The notes: generated from the letters alone by a model not told the origin. 64,000 bases of DNA from Acidobacteriaceae bacterium (GCA_035605855.1 DATNGO010000025.1:1887-65886); one strand, 5' to 3'. Numbered from the stretch's first letter, positions 1 through 11,988 are shown. Program-made: numbers and translations.

Positions 1-65
1 TCGTCGTCCGCGACCCCCAGGGACAGAACCCCGGCAACACCTATATCGGCGGAACCCTGCCCTAA
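1..65 (+). CDS. 3' end of a CDS entering from outside the window (partial)
   Basis: Frame starting at base 3 reads VVRDPQGQNPGNTYIGGTLP* with mostly C/G-ending codons; TAA at 63-65 is followed by a hairpin. Confidence 0.4.
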   Translation, partial: VVRDPQGQNPGNTYIGGTLP

Positions 66-84
66 CCACCTCACAATCGTGAAC

Positions 85-117
85 AACCAGGGGCACCCAT
101 CTCGGGTGCCCCTGGTT
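85..117. repeat. 14-bp perfect inverted repeat made of two REP-like GGGTGCCCC ends
   Basis: AACCAGGGGCACCC-atctc-GGGTGCCCCTGGTT; similar GGGTG(C/G)CCC starts occur in REPs at 45943, 50055 and 50719. Confidence 0.7.
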
Positions 118-269
118 CGTCTTTGAAGCGGCGTGGCTTTAGTTGCGCCGCAAACGAGCCTCACGGCCTTGGGCCGGGCCAACATCGTCCATGTCGACTC
201 GGAAAATCCGGCGAAACCTGGTGTACTGCAGCGTGCTCGAGGTGGGGGTTGTGGTGCCATCGAGTAAGA

Positions 270-296
270 CGGAGGCCGATCATAACTCGGCCTCCG
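270..296 (-). terminator. GC-rich hairpin just downstream of the ankyrin gene
   Basis: CGGAGGCCGA-tcataac-TCGGCCTCCG; the U-tract is weak. Confidence 0.4.
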
Positions 297-306
297 ATAT
301 CTCTGC

Positions 307-1056
307 TCAGATGCCTTCTGTACCGCCGTGACGGCGAATCTCTGCTGCCACATCTGCATAGCCCTTCCCCAGAGCAACAGATAAGGGAGTCTTACCAAAT
401 CCGTCAGGAGAGTTTGGATTCGTGGCGCCGTTTTCGAAGAGCCATTTCGTCATGGGTAGATGGCCGTCACGAGCAGCGGCGCTCAGGGCTTGGTTGTAGT
501 CCTTCGCGTTCGCCGGTAACAGCGCCTTCAGCGCGTCTGCAATGATGAGTTCCCCGCTGATCGACGCGTGATAGAGCATGGTATAACCGTGCGGACCTTT
601 GCAGCTTGCGATAGATGGATTTGCTGCCAGCAGTGCGAGCACCACATCTCGTTCGCCCAGCATTGCGGCGCAAAAACAATCGATCCGCGCTCCCGCGGAA
701 AGCAGGTATCGCGCAATCTCGCGATTGCCGGTATGCGAAGCACCTCCAAGGGCCGTCTCCCATTCACCATCGTCACCCTTTCCCCAGTCCCACGCGCAGA
801 AGATCAGCATCGGTTCCAATGCAAGCAGTTCCTTCACTCTGGCGAGATTGTTGTGCCCCGCACGAACGAATTCCCACACCATATCCAGATCCTGCCGCTG
901 TCCTCTCACCTTTTCCCCCGCTGGTTTGGCCGGGGCGGTACTGGTTCCAGCGACTCCCGAAGGTTTCAGCGCGTCCTGGGACAGGAGGCCCCTGGCGCTC
1001 AGAAAACCGATTGGTGCCGTTTTCAACAAACTACGGCGCGACATTCCTTGGTACAT
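307..1056 (-). CDS. ankyrin-repeat protein with a probable Tat signal
   Basis: SRRSLLK twin-arginine motif; ankyrin motifs ETALGGASHTG, YTMLYHASISG, KTPLSVALGKG; GAGGAGG before ATG 1056. Confidence 0.8.
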   Translation of the reverse strand: MYQGMSRRSLLKTAPIGFLSARGLLSQDALKPSGVAGTSTAPAKPAGEKVRGQRQDLDMVWEFVRAGHNNLARVKELLALEPMLIFCAWDWGKGDDGEWETALGGASHTGNREIARYLLSAGARIDCFCAAMLGERDVVLALLAANPSIASCKGPHGYTMLYHASISGELIIADALKALLPANAKDYNQALSAAARDGHLPMTKWLFENGATNPNSPDGFGKTPLSVALGKGYADVAAEIRRHGGTEGI

Positions 1057-1170
1057 AAGGCCCTCCTCAGGGCAGGTCACCCTCTTTCCATGCGAATGTT
1101 CCTCTTGCATCGATCGAGAATGCCAGCCAGATGCACATGAGGAAAATATGTGGCAACATCTTCCCGCCTC

Positions 1171-2094
1171 TCAGCGATTTACATTGCTTGATGAGGCGGC
1201 CGCGACCGTGTTGAGCCGGGCGATCAGAGGAGAGAATCTGTCGGCGATATGCTGGGCCATATCGGATTGGTCCTGCAAAGAATTATCGGCAGCGCAAGTC
1301 AGCTCGGTAACGGCGATGTGTGTCTGATCCGGCAGGCGGATCAGATGCGCAAGCACGAAGAAGTGAGAAGCGTCCTTCCGTACCTGGGCGAGGACTACGT
1401 ACCGGGCATTCAAAGAGGATCCAATGACGGTGAGGTCGCGCTGGCTCCGAGGGACGCGCAGGATTGTTGCGTTCCCAATCACCCTGTAACGGTCGGCGCC
1501 CGACAGCGTGAGTTTCGCTGTCACCAAATCGGAGAGCGTATCGGCCAGTCGATCAAATTCTGCATCTCCGGTTTCATTATCAAACCGCGCTACCGCCACT
1601 CGAATCTCTTCCAGAGAACCGGCATTCCGATGCTGAACACTCCAGGCGTGCCAACCCCAAAAGATCAGGACGCCGGAGATTACCATCAGCATGGTCAGTC
1701 CTGGTAGCCACCATCTTCTGAACGGTAAGACTGGAGTTGGCGCAGTCACAACCTGGCCCGTATCTCTCGATTCTTCGTCAGAAGGAGCGACCGGTGCAAT
1801 GAACTGGTAGCCATGCTTCGCAATCGTTCGAATGTAGATGGGAGCATCGGCCGAATCGCCGAGAGTAGTGCGAACCTGCGCAATGCAAAAATTCAATCCT
1901 TTGTCGAAATCAACAAAGGTCTCCGATCCCCATACGGCCTCTTTAAGTTCAGCACGGGTGACGACCTGACCGGCATGTCGAAGCAGTAACCCGAGCACCT
2001 GCGCAGGCTGCGCCTGCAGGCGTACCCGAGCGCCGCCTCGATAAAGTTCCCGGCTTGCCGGTCGAAACTCGAAAACCCCAAATCGCATGCTCAA
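1171..2094 (-). CDS. CadC-like winged-helix regulator with TM helix and TolB-like C-terminal domain
   Basis: N-terminal Trans_reg_C pattern (RLQAQPAQVL...VW...FVDFDKGLNFCIAQVR...YIRTIAKHGYQF), hydrophobic helix, then VAVARFDNETGD...LADTLSD. Confidence 0.85.
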   Translation of the reverse strand: MSMRFGVFEFRPASRELYRGGARVRLQAQPAQVLGLLLRHAGQVVTRAELKEAVWGSETFVDFDKGLNFCIAQVRTTLGDSADAPIYIRTIAKHGYQFIAPVAPSDEESRDTGQVVTAPTPVLPFRRWWLPGLTMLMVISGVLIFWGWHAWSVQHRNAGSLEEIRVAVARFDNETGDAEFDRLADTLSDLVTAKLTLSGADRYRVIGNATILRVPRSQRDLTVIGSSLNARYVVLAQVRKDASHFFVLAHLIRLPDQTHIAVTELTCAADNSLQDQSDMAQHIADRFSPLIARLNTVAAASSSNVNR

Positions 2095-2523
2095 TGTTCC
2101 ATGTCAAAGAGAACAATCTCAAAAGCCGCTCGTCAACGGGAATTGCTTCATGGACTTCCCGGCATCCGGAGCCCATTCATCGCCAGCCGACGGGCGCTCC
2201 ACAGGATTTCGGATTAGCAGCGGGCTTCAGCACACTGGCTCTTTCTCGAAAAGGTGCCTTATATCCCGGTTTTCCTTTCCATGTCAATTGAAATGCCAAA
2301 TCCGTCGCCCACCCGGCCCCAAACGGTACCAAATACGCTAATAACCGTAATACTTCTGTCACGCTACGAATTGTGTACCCGTTTAGGCACAGAGTTACTT
2401 GCCCTTCACAAATAGCTGGATTAGCCTCTTATAGACGCTGGAGAGCAATGGGTCCCCGGCGAGCTTGCTCGCTGGGGTGGTCAATCGCTCGCAGCGAACC
2501 TCTCTTCCCGAGGTCATTGCCTG

Positions 2524-2904
2524 ATGCGCACTCTCCCGATTCTCTCCACCGCCGCTCTTCTGTGCGCCACGGTTCCATGCTTCGGTATCACCCACCATCG
2601 CTCCACGGCCACCAACGCCGCCATCAAGCACGCCTCCAAATCTCACAAATCCGCACACGCGAGCATCCGGCACGAGGCCATGGAGTCCGAGCGCGCCACC
2701 GAGATCCAGCAGGCCCTCATCAAGAACGGCTACCTCAACGGTGAGCCCTCCGGCGTTTGGGACTCCCAATCCGCCTCCGCCATGCAGAAATTTCAGGGCG
2801 ACAACGGCTGGCAGACCAAAATCACGCCCGACTCCCGCGCCCTCATCAAGCTCGGCCTGGGCCCCCAGCAGGACGCCATGGTCGTGACCGCGAACCGCCA
2901 GTAA
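2524..2904 (+). CDS. secreted peptidoglycan-binding domain protein
   Basis: Signal peptide; EIQQALIKNGYL.GEPSGVWD...AMQKFQ.DNG (PG_binding_1 pattern). Confidence 0.8.
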   Translation: MRTLPILSTAALLCATVPCFGITHHRSTATNAAIKHASKSHKSAHASIRHEAMESERATEIQQALIKNGYLNGEPSGVWDSQSASAMQKFQGDNGWQTKITPDSRALIKLGLGPQQDAMVVTANRQ

Positions 2905-3002
2905 CGCACAGTCCCCTCTTGACACGTCCGATATACTGAACTTAAGGGAAACACCCGCCCGGCCAACGCCGGGCGACGCAGCTTAAGCGGCCAAAGCGAC
3001 AC

Positions 3003-3068
3003 TAAAGTCCAACCATAAGTCGAATCCGCTCTAGACTTTGCGCAAAAAGTGACGGGGGAGGGGGTACC
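3003..3068. repeat. dispersed repeat family C, copy 1
   Basis: 26-bp AATCCGCTCTAGACTTTGCGCAAAAA and 15-bp GGGGGAGGGGGTACC are identical to copy 2 at 51578-51641. Confidence 0.85.
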
Positions 3069-4462
3069 TACTCCGGGAACTCCACAAACCTCCCCGAGCA
3101 CGAAGGAAGCGATCCCTTCCCGGCCTTCCCCGAGACCTTCACATCCTCGCCTTCCACAGAGAAATTCACAGGCCCCGGACCAAGTTCCACATCCGCGTGC
3201 GCCGCGGTGATCTGGTACTTCGCCGCCCCATCGATCAGCTCCACACCATCCAGCTTCACCCCAACTCTGTGCACAGCATCCAGCCCGCCAAACTGCACCT
3301 TCCCTCCTCCCGAGATCCGCACATTCCGGAAGATGATGTCCTTGTACTGCGGGAACAGGTCCTTCCCCTTTCCTGGATAGCTGTACGCCGTATCCAGCAG
3401 GATCGGATTCCTCGAATCCCGCACACATACGTCGTCATAAACCACGTCCTGCACGAGTCCACCGCGCGTCGGGTTGGACTTGATCCTGAGGGCGTTATCG
3501 TCCCCATCCAGTGAGAGATCGGTGACCAGGATCTTGCTGACGCCACCATAAGTCTCCGACCCAATCGACATGCCATGACCGTAATAGAAGTGGTCATGGC
3601 TCACCGTCATGTTGGTCAGCCCACCCGTTCCGCCTTTGATGGCGATGTTGTCGTCACCGGCACGGATGAAGGAGTGAGTGACAGTGATGTTCTTTGAGCC
3701 GTTGCCAGGATCGACGCCGTCGGTGTTGCGCGCGTTCTTTGGCGTGTCGATGCGCAGGCCCCAGACCGTGAAGCCGTCGCCGCTGTTGTAGCTCACGTGG
3801 AAGTTTGCGGAGTTCTTCAGCGTGATCCGGTAGATTGTGACGTTGTTGCATGCGTCGAAGATAATCAGCCGAGGTACCTGCTGATTGCCTCCTTTGCGCG
3901 CATCGTTGGCGAGGTCCCACCAGCTTTCAGGGCCGGGTTTGCCGTTTACGAGCAGCTTCGCTCCGCCCCGGCCGTCAATGGTTCCCTCACCCATGATTCC
4001 CGCGCCATCTGCGTGGCTGGCGTGGATCAGTGGACGGCAGCCGCCACGCTCATAGTTCACCACACCGCAGCTTCCCGGACGCGTTGCATAGTCGTCAGGG
4101 TTGCGCGAGCCGTAGAGTGTGACACCTTTGTCGACAAGCAGCGTCACACCCTTACGCAACTCCAACGGTCCGCTAAGGAATGCGTTCTTCGCGCCGTCCG
4201 CAGCGAGTTCCAAAGCTTTACCTGGAGCGCAGCTATCGATCGCGCTCTGCAGGCGCCCGGTGTCCAGCTTCGTCTCGTCTGCCGGCTCAATCCCGTGCGG
4301 AGCGGCAAGCTGTGCGCGGGCGGTCGCACAGACCGGTGGGATCGTCGGCTCTGTTACCGTGCGCGAGTCCTGCGCCACAGCTCGCACGTAACCAGGCGCG
4401 CAAGACAAGGCAATGGCTGCCACAGAGAAGATTGCGGCGAAACGCTTTCGGCTCACTCTCAC
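3068..4462 (-). CDS. secreted GH28 polygalacturonase
   Basis: Signal peptide; GH28 motifs NTDG, GDD, GHG.SIGS, RIKS. Confidence 0.92.
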   Translation of the reverse strand: MRVSRKRFAAIFSVAAIALSCAPGYVRAVAQDSRTVTEPTIPPVCATARAQLAAPHGIEPADETKLDTGRLQSAIDSCAPGKALELAADGAKNAFLSGPLELRKGVTLLVDKGVTLYGSRNPDDYATRPGSCGVVNYERGGCRPLIHASHADGAGIMGEGTIDGRGGAKLLVNGKPGPESWWDLANDARKGGNQQVPRLIIFDACNNVTIYRITLKNSANFHVSYNSGDGFTVWGLRIDTPKNARNTDGVDPGNGSKNITVTHSFIRAGDDNIAIKGGTGGLTNMTVSHDHFYYGHGMSIGSETYGGVSKILVTDLSLDGDDNALRIKSNPTRGGLVQDVVYDDVCVRDSRNPILLDTAYSYPGKGKDLFPQYKDIIFRNVRISGGGKVQFGGLDAVHRVGVKLDGVELIDGAAKYQITAAHADVELGPGPVNFSVEGEDVKVSGKAGKGSLPSCSGRFVEFPE

Positions 4463-4569
4463 TCCAGAACCTGTTTGACAGGGACAGTCTTCTGTATATC
4501 GCAGGCTCCGCCCTCAAGTCCAAAGTCCAGCAATAGCGATGCGGTTTGCGGCGACCGTATTCTTAACTC

Positions 4570-5160
4570 ATGCGTCTTCGCACGATTGCCTTAATCTTTG
4601 CTCTTCCTGCAATGCTTCCGACCTCAGCAAGGGCCATTGAACTCAATATCTCTCCGCAGGCGCTTGAACGGACGCTGAACAAGCAGCTCTTCACGCAGGA
4701 AGGACGCTACTACTTCAAAGGCAAGCCCGGCTCTGCATGTTACGCCTATGCCGAGGACCCGAAGGTGAGCTTCAATGGCGACCGCATTGTGGTGCACGTG
4801 AAGGCGCACGCGAAACTGGGGACGAGTCTGCACGGAGCCTGTCTTGGGGTTGCGCTGAATACCGAGGGCGATGTGTCGGTGCTTCCTGATGGCGCGGGCG
4901 AGACCATTGGATTTCGCGATGCACGCGTGGAGCGTCTGAGCGAATCGCGCGAGCTCAACTTCTTTCTCGTGCCATTTCTCTCGGGCAGGCTGCCGCAGCA
5001 GATGAAAGTGAATGCCGCCGATCTTCTGCGGCAGTTGCTCACGAAGTCGATGGAATCCACCGGCTACGACATGAAGCTCGACAACCTGAAGATCCACTCC
5101 ATGCAGGTGCAGGGACCGGCGCTGGCGGTGGACTTCGATGGGAATGTGTCGGTGCACTGA
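4570..5160 (+). CDS. exported hypothetical protein
   Basis: 196-aa ORF with signal peptide (..SARA/IEL); TATTCT 6 nt before ATG. Confidence 0.75.
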   Translation: MRLRTIALIFALPAMLPTSARAIELNISPQALERTLNKQLFTQEGRYYFKGKPGSACYAYAEDPKVSFNGDRIVVHVKAHAKLGTSLHGACLGVALNTEGDVSVLPDGAGETIGFRDARVERLSESRELNFFLVPFLSGRLPQQMKVNAADLLRQLLTKSMESTGYDMKLDNLKIHSMQVQGPALAVDFDGNVSVH

Positions 5161-5255
5161 AGCTTCTAGCTGCTAGCTGCTAGCTTTCAGTTTGAAGTTT
5201 GCGCTTTTGCGGCGGGTCACGAAACTAGAAGCTAGAGGCTAAGAGCTAGCAGCTG
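5161..5255. repeat. inverted arrays of GCTAG-heptamer repeats between convergent genes
   Basis: TCTAGCT GCTAGCT GCTAGCT ... AACTAGA AGCTAGA GGCTAAG AGCTAGC; 5225-5255 matches 57252-57282 at 30/31 positions. Confidence 0.75.
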
Positions 5256-5259
5256 TTTT

Positions 5260-5670
5260 TCATCGCCAGCTGACCGCCAAATGCCAGCGAAGGCCGCGCT
5301 CGGCGGTCTTTTGCAGAACCTGCTCGTACTCGAGGAGTTCGGCGAGAACCTCGTTGCCTTCGCTGCCGAGTTGCTGCGGGTCGCTGGTGAGGGATGCAAC
5401 GAGTGCTTCGACAGTGCGCAGGCCGTCCTCGGCGCGGTACCACTGCGGAGGCGGAAGCTTTTTGAGCAGTTCAGGATTTCCTGCTCCCTCTTCGATGAGC
5501 AGTGCCATGGAGCTCTCGTCGGCCGAGAAGAACTCGAGCAGAGGACGCACGCCGAGTTCGAGCGCCAGCCGTTCCACGGCACCCTCGTAGCGAGCGAGCG
5601 CGCGGCCGTTCACGAAGATGTTGAAACCGGGATCTTCGCCCTCGACCACGATGTACATGGAGGCTGCCAT
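5260..5670 (-). CDS. acidic hypothetical protein
   Basis: 136-aa globular-looking ORF; TAAACT 7 nt before ATG. Confidence 0.7.
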   Translation of the reverse strand: MAASMYIVVEGEDPGFNIFVNGRALARYEGAVERLALELGVRPLLEFFSADESSMALLIEEGAGNPELLKKLPPPQWYRAEDGLRTVEALVASLTSDPQQLGSEGNEVLAELLEYEQVLQKTAERGLRWHLAVSWR

Positions 5671-5707
5671 TCGGGTCAGTTTACCGTCAGGCGCTGTGCA
5701 TGTCGCC

Positions 5708-6610
5708 TTAATCCGAACGTGCCGGGTCCGGCCGCGCTGCCCGGAGGTCGAAGCGCGATTCTTCCGCTGGAGGGACGAGCAGAGCGATGGCGGCGAGGGC
5801 CAGCAGCAGAAGGCCGACGAGCATCCTGACAGGGACGCGCGCAGGCATCAGGGCAACGCCTTCGATCAGGATCAGCAACGGTACGATGGCGAACTGTGCG
5901 GACCAGCGAATGGCTGAGAGCCGGCCGAGTGCGACCAGTGCGAGAAGAGCCTCGAGGGCATCGAAGCCGGCGGCCAGGCCAGCCAGGTGTGACCATCCAC
6001 CGACGTGTGTGGCGAGGTTGATTGCGGCTCCGAGGCCGAACGCGGCGGAGGCTCCGAGCAGCGCCGCGGGAAGACGCCAGATACTCTGCCGGGTGGAGCA
6101 GAAGAGCACAGCACCGCATCCGGTGAGCAATGGTGTGAGTGCGAGAATGAGATCTTCGCCGGGGTTTGCGAGCGAGGGTTGCGCCAGAAGAAGCAGCAGT
6201 CCCGCGATGGCCGCGAGGCCGGGCCAGAGGCGACCCGCGAGAGTCTCGCTGGTGTGGCGCGTCGCTGCTTCACAGACCGCGATGACGACCGGCGTCAGCG
6301 CGACCGCCATGGTGAGGCTCGCGGCCGGAATGGCGCGCGGGTACGACAGGCTGATGAGTGGACCGCTGATAAGCAGCGCGCCGCCAATCGCGGAACGGAT
6401 GAGCGGGCTGCGATCTTCGCGCGTCGCTGCTGAAGGTCGAAGGATGAGGAGGTAGAGCGCCGCTGCAGAGCCGCAGCCCAGCGCGGCAGAGGCGAGAGTT
6501 GTCGCAGAGCCTGGCAGCGACTCCGAGAGCATCCAGCGGCTGCCACGCAGAAGGCACAGGAGCGCCAACGGCCACCAGAGATGCCAGGCTGATCGTGGTG
6601 CTGCCTGCAC
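5708..6610 (-). CDS. DMT/EamA-like multi-pass membrane protein
   Basis: Many hydrophobic segments in two repeats; GTG at 6610 preceded by AAGGAG. Confidence 0.65.
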   Translation of the reverse strand: MQAAPRSAWHLWWPLALLCLLRGSRWMLSESLPGSATTLASAALGCGSAAALYLLILRPSAATREDRSPLIRSAIGGALLISGPLISLSYPRAIPAASLTMAVALTPVVIAVCEAATRHTSETLAGRLWPGLAAIAGLLLLLAQPSLANPGEDLILALTPLLTGCGAVLFCSTRQSIWRLPAALLGASAAFGLGAAINLATHVGGWSHLAGLAAGFDALEALLALVALGRLSAIRWSAQFAIVPLLILIEGVALMPARVPVRMLVGLLLLALAAIALLVPPAEESRFDLRAARPDPARSD

Positions 6611-6683
6611 AGTTCGTCTCCTTTCCGAAGTTGGACGAGGATGCACGCACGGAAGGCGACAGGGCCGCGCCGATCTGCCAGGC

Positions 6684-6718
6684 AAAAAAAATAGCAGGGC
6701 CGCACAAGTGCGGCCCTG
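6684..6718 (-). terminator. intrinsic terminator of pnp
   Basis: Minus strand CAGGGCCGCA-cttg-TGCGGCCCTG followed by a T-run. Confidence 0.85.
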
Positions 6719-6744
6719 ACGAGGTTTCTGGATGGGAGCAGGGT

Positions 6745-9258
<2,514 letters not shown>

Positions 9259-9530
9259 GATGTTCCTCGTCTTTTCTTCGTAAATGTGTGTTCGCCGAAG
9301 GCGTTCCGCCTAAAACGAAAGCCCCGCCAGAGGTGTCTCGGACGGGGTTGAAAATGGATGCGGCGCTGGGTTGCGGAAGCAGCGAAGGGCGGAGCCGCCC
9401 AGGCGCACAAAGGCGCAGGCGTCTCGGTGAAGAGATGCTGCGCGATTGCTGGCGCTTGTAGCGGTCAACGTCGTCTTCGCTCTCCGTCGGCTCTTCACGC
9501 GTGATCGCGGAGCCGGCTCGCGATGTGGGG

Positions 9531-9797
9531 TTACTTGCGAATCCCCAGCTTGCCGATCACGTCGCGATAGCGGTCCGAGTCCGTGCGCTTCAGGTAGTCC
9601 AGAAGGCGGCGGCGCTTGGAGACCAGCATGAGGAGGCCACGGCGGGAGCCATGATCCTTCTTGTGTGTCTTGAAGTGTTCGGTCAGCTCGCCAATACGCT
9701 CGCTGAGAATGGCAATCTGCACCTCAGGACTCCCGGTGTCGGTGTCATGCGTGCGGAACTTGGTGATGATTTCGGTTTTCTGTGCGGGGGCCAACAC
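9531..9797 (-). CDS. rpsO: 30S ribosomal protein S15
   Basis: [13 protein letters not shown]...[12 protein letters not shown]...LLDYLK. Confidence 0.99.
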   Translation of the reverse strand: MLAPAQKTEIITKFRTHDTDTGSPEVQIAILSERIGELTEHFKTHKKDHGSRRGLLMLVSKRRRLLDYLKRTDSDRYRDVIGKLGIRK

Positions 9798-9948
9798 GGT
9801 TGGTTGTTACTCCTCGTCCTTTTAACTCAGTCCACTTCTCTCAGTGTCTGCCCTTAAGATAACACGCAAAAGGCCGATTTCCGGCGCTCCAGCGTGTTCT
9901 TTCTCGGGCGATTCCGCGCTGCACAAAGGCCACGCCATGTGTGCCTTG

Positions 9949-10647
9949 CTATGCGATGTGCGTCTTCAGGAAGTTGAGCGAGCGCTCGCCGGCGAGCCTG
10001 GTGGCATTGGCATTGTAGGAGGGGCGGTCGGGATTGGCGAAGGCGTGAGCGGCGCCCTCGTAGAGGAAGATCTCGACCTCACCTTCGTGCTTGCCGTGGG
10101 CGTTGCGAACGGCGTCGATCTGATCCTGGCCGATGTGGTCGTCGGCGTCGCCGAAATGGATCATGACAGGGCAGGTTGGCTCCTCGGCCGCGAACTTGCC
10201 GATGCCACCGGGGTAATAGCAAACCGTGCAGGCAGGCTCGATGGCCTCGTTGTTTCCCCGGACAGCGGTGACCCAGCTAATGAGGCCGCCGTAGCAGAAG
10301 CCAACGACGCCGACCGAGTCGACGATTCCCTTCGCGTACTTGACGGCGGCGGCGGCGTCCTTGAGGGAGTCGTCGGGTTTGAGCCTGCGGTAGAGCGCGA
10401 AGGCCTTCTTCAGGTCGGCCTCGCCGTAGCCGAGATTCAGGTCTCGCTCAAGTCGGTCCATGATCGCAGGCGCGACGGCGAGGAAGCCGTCCTTCGCGTA
10501 GGAGTCCGCAACGGCCTGGATCGACTTGTTGACGCCGAAGATCTCCTGCACGACGACGATCGCACCGATCGGCTCACGCTGGGGACGCGCGACGTAGGCC
10601 GAAAGCTCGTTGCCGTCGCTTGCCGTGACTTTTACCCACTCACCCAT
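9949..10647 (-). CDS. dienelactone hydrolase family protein
   Basis: QEIFGVN, GFCYGG nucleophile Cys, YEGAAHAF. Confidence 0.93.
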   Translation of the reverse strand: MGEWVKVTASDGNELSAYVARPQREPIGAIVVVQEIFGVNKSIQAVADSYAKDGFLAVAPAIMDRLERDLNLGYGEADLKKAFALYRRLKPDDSLKDAAAAVKYAKGIVDSVGVVGFCYGGLISWVTAVRGNNEAIEPACTVCYYPGGIGKFAAEEPTCPVMIHFGDADDHIGQDQIDAVRNAHGKHEGEVEIFLYEGAAHAFANPDRPSYNANATRLAGERSLNFLKTHIA

Positions 10648-10763
10648 GAAACGCTCCGCTCGCGCGCTTAAGGGATGGCGCGCTCCTCGCGATTGTACGC
10701 GGCATCGTGCGCTCTAATTGTGAGACGCGGCCAGAGCCGTTTTGATGAGGCTGAAGGCGTGAC

Positions 10764-10970
10764 TCAGTTGGCTTGGCGGGCGGCGCGCAGCAGCACGTCG
10801 GCAAGGTCACCGGCAGAGACACGATACTGTCCGCTCTCGATGGCCTCGCGAAGCCGCTGGATCCGATGCCGGCGCGGTTCACGCTGTGCGCCGGGTGCCG
10901 GCGCCGTGAGAACCACCTCATTTGCTGACGGTGGCATTGAACCCGCCGCCGATGTCCCAGAATTCACCAT
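10764..10970 (-). CDS. flgM: anti-sigma28 factor FlgM
   Basis: RIQRLREAIESGQYRV..DLADVLL FlgM C-terminal pattern; downstream of fliA; own sigma28 promoter; GAGGAG RBS. Confidence 0.85.
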   Translation of the reverse strand: MVNSGTSAAGSMPPSANEVVLTAPAPGAQREPRRHRIQRLREAIESGQYRVSAGDLADVLLRAARQAN

Positions 10971-10989
10971 AAGAATCTCCTCATGGTCT

Positions 10990-11016
10990 TTATCGGCGGT
11001 GAGTGTAACGACTTTA
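10990..11016 (-). promoter_or_regulatory. sigma28 (FliA) promoter of flgM
   Basis: Minus strand TAAA-N15-GCCGATAA, exact consensus and spacing. Confidence 0.9.
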
Positions 11017-11040
11017 GTGCGTTCTTAAATTTTCTTTAGG

Positions 11041-11910
11041 TCAGGCGGCAGTCCGGCGGGATGGCCTCGTGCTGGAACGCTGAGCGGAACGGCGTGGCTG
11101 GACGTCAGCACGGCGCGTCGTCTGGCCCATGACAGCGCGCAGGCGGCGCACGGCGCCGGAGTGAATCTGCGAGACGCGGGACTCGACGACGCCCAGGGTG
11201 AGGCCGATCTCGCGCATGGTGAGCTCTTCGTAGTAGTAGAGCGTGAGGACGAGACGCTCCTTCTCGGGCAGCTCCTCGATGGCATCGATGAGGCGCTGGC
11301 GCGACTCGGCGGCAAGGCAGAGGAAGAGCGGGTCCTCTTCGGCGGAGGCGGGGACATACTCCAGCTCCTCGTCCTCTTCGTCCTTGCTGTGCTCAGCGTT
11401 GAGGCTGCCGAGTTCCAGGCTGCGAAGTTCGCCCATCAGCTGCTGCAGCTCCTCAAGCTCTATCTCCATCGCCCCGGCGATCTCGTGCTCGGCGGGCGCG
11501 CGGCCGAGACGCTGGGCGAGGACGCGTGTGGTCTCCGCGATGGCGCGCGCCTTGCGACGGAGCTCGCGCGGGCCCCAGTCGAGCGTGCGCAGCCAGTCCA
11601 GAATGGCGCCGCGAATGCGGAACTGCGCGTAGCTCTTGAATTGCACGTGGCGGCGGGTGTCGAAGCGATTGCATGCCTCCATGAGACCGACCATGCCGGC
11701 GGAGATGAGATCGTCGAGCTCGACGTGGCGCGGCAATGTCTGATGCAGCTTGCGCGCGATGAATCGGACAGAGACGAGATGCTCCAGGAGCAGCCGCTCG
11801 CGTTCTTCGGACGTCAACGGCCGGGCTGCGGTGAGGTCGCGGCTGTCGAGGATGGGTTGTGCGGGGAGGAGTTCTTCGTGTGGCGTGGATGGCGTGGACG
11901 GCGTCGACAT
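11041..11910 (-). CDS. fliA: FliA/WhiG family sigma factor (sigma28)
   Basis: DDLISAGMVGL, FKSYAQFRIRGAILDWLR..DW.PR, LYYYEELTMREIG..LGVVESRVSQIH; AAGGAG before ATG 11910. Confidence 0.95.
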   Translation of the reverse strand: MSTPSTPSTPHEELLPAQPILDSRDLTAARPLTSEERERLLLEHLVSVRFIARKLHQTLPRHVELDDLISAGMVGLMEACNRFDTRRHVQFKSYAQFRIRGAILDWLRTLDWGPRELRRKARAIAETTRVLAQRLGRAPAEHEIAGAMEIELEELQQLMGELRSLELGSLNAEHSKDEEDEELEYVPASAEEDPLFLCLAAESRQRLIDAIEELPEKERLVLTLYYYEELTMREIGLTLGVVESRVSQIHSGAVRRLRAVMGQTTRRADVQPRRSAQRSSTRPSRRTAA

Positions 11911-11971
11911 CGGGGGCTCCTTCGTTCGTCTGCGCTGGCGCGTGATGCATGCGTCAACACTGGACAGAAGG

Positions 11972-11988
11972 AGCAACAAGGATGCCGA
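11972..11988 (-). promoter_or_regulatory. putative sigma54 (-24/-12) promoter of fliA
   Basis: Minus strand TCGGCATCCTTGTTGCT, i.e. GG-N10-GC with TTGC; lies between a terminator and fliA. Confidence 0.7.

Noticed and set aside
123-331. Short plus-strand ORFs (123-545, 143-331)
   Set aside because: No motifs; they span repeat and hairpin DNA and overlap the ankyrin gene antisense.
2919-2937. TTGACA...TATACT as a consensus sigma70 promoter
   Set aside because: The spacer is only 7 bp, so the two hexamers cannot act as a pair; only the -10 is kept as a candidate.
9798-9860. S15 autoregulatory leader upstream of rpsO
   Set aside because: Plausible by position, but I could not derive a convincing structure by eye.
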